Positions 58,576 through 64,000 of a stretch of 64,000 bases of DNA are shown here, in pieces. Origin of the DNA: Desulfobacteraceae bacterium (lineage in GTDB: Bacteria > Desulfobacterota > Desulfobacteria > Desulfobacterales > Desulfobacteraceae). The notes under the pieces are model-generated. The model saw only the letters and a list, made by a program, of their open reading frames with translations, was not told where the DNA came from and searched no databases. The translations under genes and the position numbers were made by a program. The stretch spans positions 31,739-95,738 of the forward strand of contig JADGFI010000013.1 in assembly GCA_016743945.1 (NCBI GenBank), in the 5' to 3' direction. Each line of letters opens with the position of its first letter. Position 1 is the first letter of the stretch.

Positions 58576-58767
58576 CTAATTTATGGACTGGATGTAAACT
58601 TTGTGATCCACAAGGGAAAGGGAGTGAATGTTTCCCTTGATAAATTTTTGTTCTCCAAAAATGGACACAAGACGAACCCCGTCCTCTTCCGGTTCAACCC
58701 TGTCCACGGCTTCCATAACCAGTACTTCTTTTTCTGCTTTAACTATATATGCATTTGCTTCACACAT
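58576..58767 (-). CDS. cooT: CooT-family small protein (nickel-binding / formerly 'predicted RNA-binding')
   Basis: 63 aa beginning MCEANAYI, with a beta-rich fold pattern, as in CooT. Confidence 0.7.
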   Translation of the reverse strand: MCEANAYIVKAEKEVLVMEAVDRVEPEEDGVRLVSIFGEQKFIKGNIHSLSLVDHKVYIQSIN

Positions 58768-58774
58768 GGTTTTC

Positions 58775-59230
58775 TTACTCCTTATCTAAAAATGATAAAT
58801 GGGATCCTATGAGTTCATCCACCAAAAGGGGCAGGGACAATCCTGCCACCCCAACAATGGAGATGTTTTCCTGGGTCAGGGGCAGCAATACTTTTTTGGC
58901 TTCGGAAAAACAAACCGCCTCTGCCATTTCCGGGGTAACCTCCCCCATCATGGCATGGGCCATGATAATGCCCACGGGGCCGATAATAACATCGGCTTTT
59001 TTTACCGTCTGCACAATGGCATTGCTGCCGGAGGCCCCTTTGTTTGCCCTTGCCTTGAGCATTTGGGCCGTTGCAATGGCATTGGTACCAAGGGCGATCA
59101 CTTCTATGGTCTCTCCAAACCGCTCCTTAACCCGCTTAATAATGGCAGATCCAATACCACCGCCCTGGCCGTCAATGATACAGATCTTTTTCATATCGGT
59201 TTTATTCATAACGTGGCCTTTGTCGCACAC
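58775..59230 (-). CDS. DUF3842-like protein
   Basis: KKICIIDGQGGGIGSAIIKRVKE...VIALGTNAIAT...GPVGII resembles DUF3842 as I remember it. The likely start is an internal ATG (59209 or 59194). Confidence 0.5.
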   Translation of the reverse strand: MCDKGHVMNKTDMKKICIIDGQGGGIGSAIIKRVKERFGETIEVIALGTNAIATAQMLKARANKGASGSNAIVQTVKKADVIIGPVGIIMAHAMMGEVTPEMAEAVCFSEAKKVLLPLTQENISIVGVAGLSLPLLVDELIGSHLSFLDKE

Positions 59231-59236
59231 TTAAGT

Positions 59237-60016
59237 TTACAATAATTGTTGAACAATTTTCCAGATATTTTTTTCCACCCGGGCCGGGAGGTCATTTCCG
59301 TCAATGATGATGACTTTTTCCTGATCCTTAAGTCTCTCAAAGGCCAGAAAATAATTATCCCTGACCCGTTTCAGGATATCAATCTTCTCATACATGTCCA
59401 AAGAATCCCGGTTGGCCCGGATCCGTTCAAGACAGATATCCGGATCCACATCAATAAACAAGGTGGCCGTGGGTCTTAAAATCTTGGCATTCAAGGCGTT
59501 TGCCTGGATCACCCAGTCCATATCCATATACTGGGCATGGTAGGCATAGGAGGAAAAATAATACCGATCGCAGAGAACAACCTGCCCCTGGTCCACCATT
59601 GCCTTGACCCCATTTGCCCGGTTCAACAAATGATCGGTCCTGTCCGCTGCAAACAATGAGGCAATGGTGAGCTGGTCTGTTTCAACGCTCCCGGACAGCA
59701 TTTTTCGGATCAAAGAGCCCACCGGGCCATCCGTGGGCTCAAAGGTTGAGACCGCCGAAGTTATTTTTTCTACCAACCGCTTATGTATCCGCTGCATCTG
59801 GGTACTTTTACCCGATCCGTCGATCCCCTCAAGAACCAGGAACCTGCCCGAATGATCTACTCTTTCCAATTTACACACCCCACTTGGCTCTATTTCTATT
59901 CTTATACAAAAATGTTTTATACCAATATCCCTGCGCCTTGGCAAGACAACGAATTTAATTCGATCAAACAACGAGGCCCCCTCCATGGCCTTGGCCGGTT
60001 CCAAGACAAAATTCAT
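59237..60016 (-). CDS. tmk: Thymidylate kinase. The start is probably internal (GTG about 59878), because the first ~46 codons of the long ORF lack similarity.
   Basis: P-loop LEGIDGSGKSTQ, a DRY motif (CDRYYFSS) and a lid region. Confidence 0.85.
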   Translation of the reverse strand: MNFVLEPAKAMEGASLFDRIKFVVLPRRRDIGIKHFCIRIEIEPSGVCKLERVDHSGRFLVLEGIDGSGKSTQMQRIHKRLVEKITSAVSTFEPTDGPVGSLIRKMLSGSVETDQLTIASLFAADRTDHLLNRANGVKAMVDQGQVVLCDRYYFSSYAYHAQYMDMDWVIQANALNAKILRPTATLFIDVDPDICLERIRANRDSLDMYEKIDILKRVRDNYFLAFERLKDQEKVIIIDGNDLPARVEKNIWKIVQQLL

Positions 60017-60186
60017 ATCAAAATTAAAATTCAGGGATTTGCTCTATTTTTTTGGTTTTTACAAGGTTGCCGATTTTCAAAAAAGTGCAAAAATTGTAAC
60101 CTGGGGCGATGTTCTCGTAACTCAAAGCCTTTGTGAATTTCTAGCGCATAATGACAACGTCCATCAAAAACAGACAGTTACGCCCA

Positions 60187-60202
60187 TGGCACGGGGGTTG
60201 CT
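60187..60202 (+). promoter_or_regulatory. Consensus sigma-54 promoter
   Basis: TGGCACGggggTTGCT matches TGGCACG-N4-TTGCW at every conserved position. It lies 119 nt upstream of ATG 60321. Confidence 0.85.
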
Positions 60203-60320
60203 ATATATGGCGGCATCCCCATTGGGATTGGTTGTTTTCAACAAGCAGGTTTTGAAATGATCCGGTTTGTTTGAAACATTTTTTATGGCATTTAATATGA
60301 TTTAAAAAGGAGCAGCAAAA

Positions 60321-60644
60321 ATGAAAACATTTTTTACAACGGTATTGGCTATTGGGTTAATTGGAATGGCAGGTTTTACATTTGCCACAGCGAAAACGAT
60401 TCCTGGGGATACACCTGTGGAGACCCATCAGGCAAAATCCGGTGAAATGGAAACCCAGGAATATGCGGGAATGGTTGTAAATACAGAAAGCGGGATTACC
60501 TTGATGGCAAAAGATGCCGCCTATCTATTAAAAGGTGAAAAGCTTGAAGAGCTGGTCGGAAAAACAGTGAAGGTGAATGGGAAACTCATAAAAGGGGCTC
60601 TTGCTGACACGATTCTTGTTGGGAAAATAGAAGCGACAAAATAA
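60321..60644 (+). CDS. Small secreted protein of unknown function (107 aa)
   Basis: Signal peptide MKTFFTTVLAIGLIGMAGFTFATA. AAGGAG lies 8 nt upstream. The gene is preceded by the sigma-54 promoter and followed by a terminator. Confidence 0.6.
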   Translation: MKTFFTTVLAIGLIGMAGFTFATAKTIPGDTPVETHQAKSGEMETQEYAGMVVNTESGITLMAKDAAYLLKGEKLEELVGKTVKVNGKLIKGALADTILVGKIEATK

Positions 60645-60668
60645 CAAACTTTTTATTTTCAAGACATT

Positions 60669-60722
60669 AAGGGGAGGGGAGCTAACCCGTTGTTTCGGGT
60701 CTTCCCCCCTCTTATTTTTTTT
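60669..60722 (+). terminator. Rho-independent terminator
   Basis: AAGGGGAGGGGAGCTAACCCG-TTGTT-TCGGGTCTTCCCCCCTCTT followed by an 8-T run. Confidence 0.75.
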
Positions 60723-60814
60723 ATACGAAACTCCGGCCAAGACATTGCAATTATCAGAGTTTCATTTTTCGTTGTGGCCGAGAGCAAATACCATGCTCCG
60801 GCCATGCCGGTTAT
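60721..60814 (-). repeat. 94-nt intergenic element, copy 2 (candidate structured RNA / 3'-UTR element)
   Basis: 85/94 identical to 57041..57134. It starts on the minus strand directly after the TGA stop (60817..60815) of the sigma-54 response regulator gene. Confidence 0.85.
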
Positions 60815-62176
60815 TCAATTTTTAAATTCAGATACGAGGATATCGTATTTTTTGATTTTGTAATGGATGGATCTTCGGCTGATTTTCAAAAGTTCAGCCG
60901 CCTTTTTTTGTACCCCGTTGGCTTGTTTAAGGGCACGTATGATGGTGTGTTTTTCACTGTCCCCAATGGAAAGCCTGTCTTCTGATATGGGGGGTGTTTC
61001 TTTGCGGGTGGTTTCCAATTGCAGGTCAGCGGGCGTAATTTTATTATTTCTGCACAGGACAATGCCGGCTTCCAAAGCATTTTTCAATTCCCTGATATTG
61101 CCGGGCCACGTATAATTCACTAATAGTTCAAGGGTGTTCTCGGCAAGCACCACCTGGGGAAGCTTGTGTTCCCTGGTATATTGGGCGATAAAAAAGTGTG
61201 CCAGTTCCGGAATGTCTTCTTGTCTTTCCCTCAATGGCGGGACAGTAAGGGTGACAACCTTGAGTCTATAGTATAGATCCTGGCGAAACCTGCCGTCGGC
61301 AATATCCGCAAGAAGATCCGCATTTGTTGCCGACAACACTCTGCAGTCAACATGAATTTCTTTTATGGCGCCAACCCGTCGAATTTTTTTGTCCTCAAGG
61401 AATCTTAACAGCCGGCTCTGCATATCCTGGGAAATATTCCCGATTTCATCTAAAAACAGGGTACCCTTGTCTGCGGCTTCAATGAGACCTGTTTTATCCT
61501 GAACCGCATGGGTAAAAGAGCCTTTCATATGACCGAAAAGTTCACTTTCCAATATTCCGGCAGGCGTCGAACCGCAGTCAACAACAATATAGGGATGGCC
61601 CTTTTTCAAGCTGTTCCGGTGTATATATTTTGCAATACATTCCTTGCCGACACCGCTTTCACCCAGAATAAGGACATTCGCATTGCTTGCGGCCACCTTC
61701 TTGGTGATCTGATAAAGCACCTTCATGGCCGGACTTTTCCCCCAATAAAAACCCTCTTCTATCCTGACGGAACCGGATTTATCAGTGACGGATTTATCAA
61801 TGGCAGATTCTTGATTGGCAAGGATCCCATGGATTTTGGTGATTAATTCCCTGCCGTCAAAGGGCTTTGAAATATAATCCACAGCACCTTGTTTTAAAGC
61901 ATTTACGGCACCGGGGATGGTACCATAAGCCGTTAAAAAAATAACCGGCAAATCGGGCAATATCTGTTGTATCTGGGAAAGAAGGTCCATGCCGCTCATG
62001 GCAGGCATCTTCATATCTGAAATCATAAGAGCGAAGGGCACTTTCTTGATCAGTTGAATGGCTGCCTTTGCATTGCCGGCTTTATGGACCTGGAACCCTG
62101 AGGCAGTCAGTCTGGCATCAAGGACTTCAAGTATATTGGGGTCATCATCGACAATTAAGATGTTCACCTTGTTCAA
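60815..62176 (-). CDS. Sigma-54-dependent response regulator (NtrC family)
   Basis: Receiver (ILIVDDDP...SDMKMP), GESGVGKE, GSFTHA loop variant, LDEIGN, and a C-terminal HTH (AAELLKISRRSIHYKIKKY). Confidence 0.9.
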   Translation of the reverse strand: MNKVNILIVDDDPNILEVLDARLTASGFQVHKAGNAKAAIQLIKKVPFALMISDMKMPAMSGMDLLSQIQQILPDLPVIFLTAYGTIPGAVNALKQGAVDYISKPFDGRELITKIHGILANQESAIDKSVTDKSGSVRIEEGFYWGKSPAMKVLYQITKKVAASNANVLILGESGVGKECIAKYIHRNSLKKGHPYIVVDCGSTPAGILESELFGHMKGSFTHAVQDKTGLIEAADKGTLFLDEIGNISQDMQSRLLRFLEDKKIRRVGAIKEIHVDCRVLSATNADLLADIADGRFRQDLYYRLKVVTLTVPPLRERQEDIPELAHFFIAQYTREHKLPQVVLAENTLELLVNYTWPGNIRELKNALEAGIVLCRNNKITPADLQLETTRKETPPISEDRLSIGDSEKHTIIRALKQANGVQKKAAELLKISRRSIHYKIKKYDILVSEFKN

Positions 62177-62769
62177 TTGGTTTTCCTTTTTTCCTGAATT
62201 TCCTGGTCAATATTTTCAAGTTCTAAAATTTGATATTGAAGGGTCTTAATCAATTTTTCCAATTGGATATTTTTTGTGTTCTGACGTTTAAGACGCATTT
62301 CCATCTCTTGATTTTTTTTCAAAAATTCCAATTGATCTTGTGTTTTTGTATCCGCTATCTTTTTAAGATTTTGTATCAAAAGCAAAGGATTTTCAATGGG
62401 TGTATTTAACGGTTTTACAGGATGCCACTGGTTTAATAGTTCCATTGCCTCGGCAAAATTTTCTTGGGTTTCGGACCGGATAAGTTTTGTACAGGCAAGA
62501 TTGTAGCGGGCTATGTTTTGAATACGCGGATCTTTGCTTTGGTTTGCAACCAAGGTGAAAATTTCATCTGCCCGGATGTATTTTTCCTTAAAAAATGCGG
62601 TTTCCCCTGATTCCAGTGTTTTTATTTCAGCATTATTTTTCCCCGTCTGATTCACAAGGCAGCACCCGGATAGGGTTAAATAAAAGCACAATACCATAAT
62701 ATATCCATAACCATGGCCAAGATAACATCCTTTGGAGAGGGTGATTTTGCCAATTTGTATCGGTGTCAT
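62173..62769 (-). CDS. Hypothetical lipoprotein with a TPR-like segment and a C-terminal coiled coil
   Basis: Lipobox LTLSGC. Sandwiched between the kinase and regulator genes and translationally coupled to both. Confidence 0.5.
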   Translation of the reverse strand: MTPIQIGKITLSKGCYLGHGYGYIMVLCFYLTLSGCCLVNQTGKNNAEIKTLESGETAFFKEKYIRADEIFTLVANQSKDPRIQNIARYNLACTKLIRSETQENFAEAMELLNQWHPVKPLNTPIENPLLLIQNLKKIADTKTQDQLEFLKKNQEMEMRLKRQNTKNIQLEKLIKTLQYQILELENIDQEIQEKRKTN

Positions 62770-62774
62770 CTGTT

Positions 62775-64000
62775 TTATCCTTGGGTTGTCATTGATTCAT
62801 TTATTGAGGGAAGAGTGAAAAAAAAGGAACACCCTCCCTCTTTGTTGTTTTCCACATAAATGATGCCGCCATGGGCATGAATTATCCGTTTGGAAATACT
62901 CAATCCAAGTCCCACACCATCCATATGATTTCTTACGTCCTTTGCCCTGTAATATTTTTTAAAAATCAGGGATTGCTCTTCTTCAGGGATTCCAGGGCCC
63001 TGGTCAGAGACTTCGAAGGTGAGGTCCTTATTATTTTTTGGGTTCACATGGATATCCACAAAACTATTCGTGGGGGAAAATTTTACGGCATTGTAAACAA
63101 TATTGAGCAATACTTGAATGATCTCCTTTTTTACGCCCATTACCATTGGTGCATCACCCAGTTCGTGCAATCGTATGGTGACATCCTTAATTTTCCCTTT
63201 GGCAATTAGACTAGTGGAAACTTCCCTTAACAGTTGATTGGGATCAATGGGTTCAGGACTGATCTTTCCCGAATATGATTCTAACATGGAGACATCAAGA
63301 AGATGGTCAAGAAGATCGTTTATCCTGCTTATTTCCGAACTGGCAATTTTTAGAAATTTCCTCTGGGTATCATTAACAGGTCCAAGAACCTTTTCAATTA
63401 TCATGTTTACAGATTCCCGTATGGAAGAAAGTGGAGTTCTGATCTCATGACTCAGAATGGCAATGAAATCGGATCTGATATCTTCATCCTCTTTGAGCTG
63501 TCTGCTCATATTATTAAAAGCCGATGCGAGCTCACTGAATTCATCCTGGGAGTTGATTTCAATTAGATGATAATGATCCTTGGAGATATCGTTTAGCCCG
63601 TGCTTTAATTTTTTTATGGGGCCTATCATTGATTTTGATATAAAGACTGCCCCCAGGATACCGGCAAGAAGTGATACCAACATCCCGATGAAACTCTTGT
63701 TAACGCTTTGTCTGCCAAGGTCATTGATTCGAATAAGTGCCTGCTCAATTTGCCGTTGGTTCTCTTTTCTGGCAGTTGAAATCCCCTCCATCCATTTGTT
63801 CATCAAGCTGTCTTCAACCCAGACAGGCGATTCTTGGATAGATTCCAGGTGGATTGAGGTGTTGGGGTTGTCTTGAAAACTTTTGCGGATCCATTCCCAT
63901 TGGCTGGAAATCGGGTATGTGGGAACATTGAGTTTTATAATTTTGTCCAGTCCATCACAAAAATCATTTTTGGCTGTTTCGAAATAAGACAGGTACACTT
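62775..64000 (-). CDS. Sensor histidine kinase (extracytoplasmic sensor, TM, HAMP, HisKA, HATPase). The 5' end is probably cut by the window edge.
   Basis: HAMP (IGPIKKLKHGLNDIS), H box (ILSHEIRTPLSSI), N box (NAVKFSP) and G boxes (DQGPGIP, GVGLGLSISKRI). No TM1 lies upstream of the sensor region within the window. Confidence 0.85.
   Translation of the reverse strand, partial: VYLSYFETAKNDFCDGLDKIIKLNVPTYPISSQWEWIRKSFQDNPNTSIHLESIQESPVWVEDSLMNKWMEGISTARKENQRQIEQALIRINDLGRQSVNKSFIGMLVSLLAGILGAVFISKSMIGPIKKLKHGLNDISKDHYHLIEINSQDEFSELASAFNNMSRQLKEDEDIRSDFIAILSHEIRTPLSSIRESVNMIIEKVLGPVNDTQRKFLKIASSEISRINDLLDHLLDVSMLESYSGKISPEPIDPNQLLREVSTSLIAKGKIKDVTIRLHELGDAPMVMGVKKEIIQVLLNIVYNAVKFSPTNSFVDIHVNPKNNKDLTFEVSDQGPGIPEEEQSLIFKKYYRAKDVRNHMDGVGLGLSISKRIIHAHGGIIYVENNKEGGCSFFFTLPSINESMTTQG

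Noticed and set aside
57135-60720. The 3.6-kb block bracketed by the two 94-bp direct repeats as a mobile island or insertion
   Set aside because: There is no integrase, transposase or tRNA target. The block contains the housekeeping tmk gene, and the repeats sit at gene 3' ends. A shared RNA element is more plausible, although repeat-mediated deletion or duplication remains possible.
1-64000. CRISPR arrays, tRNA/rRNA genes, IS elements, prophage or known defence-system genes
   Set aside because: I scanned the intergenic regions and the ORF products. I saw no repeat-spacer arrays, no cloverleaf-like sequences, and no transposase, integrase, nuclease or reverse-transcriptase motifs.

Overview
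The window looks like a gene-dense chromosomal core region of an anaerobic, probably sulfate-reducing Desulfobacterota (Desulfobacterales-like) bacterium. That assignment is an inference from gene content. The content includes many sigma-54 activators, KorAB-type 2-oxoglutarate:ferredoxin oxidoreductase, NfnAB, an HdrD/GlpC-like Fe-S protein with an in-frame UGA, a CooT-like protein, archaemetzincin and a TctABC transporter. About 55 protein genes can be supported. I found no rRNA, tRNA, CRISPR array, transposase, integrase or phage genes.

Housekeeping and metabolic content:
- An operon parA-parB-ispH(fusion)-DUF342.
- hrpA, a dksA-like gene, ccdA, two MFS transporters, a FadL-type outer membrane protein and a CDF transporter.
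- korC-like/korA/korB, an MCP, GTP-PEPCK, an enolase-superfamily enzyme, an FKBP isomerase and nfnAB.
- tctCBA plus an M20 amidohydrolase plus rpiR, and tmk.

Items worth a second look:
1. A single in-frame TGA with a downstream hairpin joins two ORFs into one HdrD/GlpC-like Fe-S oxidoreductase, a probable selenoprotein.
2. Two tandem paralogs combine duplicated 4-Cys modules with a GcvH-like domain. They sit behind a sigma-54 promoter, between a PAS histidine kinase and an NtrC-type regulator plus archaemetzincin.
3. A 94-nt element occurs twice, immediately 3' of two minus-strand genes. Its substitutions preserve two hairpins only on the minus strand, which suggests a structured RNA.
4. There are three unusual gene fusions: GcvT with an SHMT-like domain, a PlsB-like acyltransferase with a GpsA-like domain, and IspH with a UbiA-like membrane domain.
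5. A perfect sigma-54 promoter drives a small secreted protein next to a kinase-lipoprotein-regulator operon.
6. A sigma-54 activator and acyltransferase pair lies divergent from a PfaD-like enoyl reductase gene.

All functional calls come from motif recognition by eye. No database search was run.
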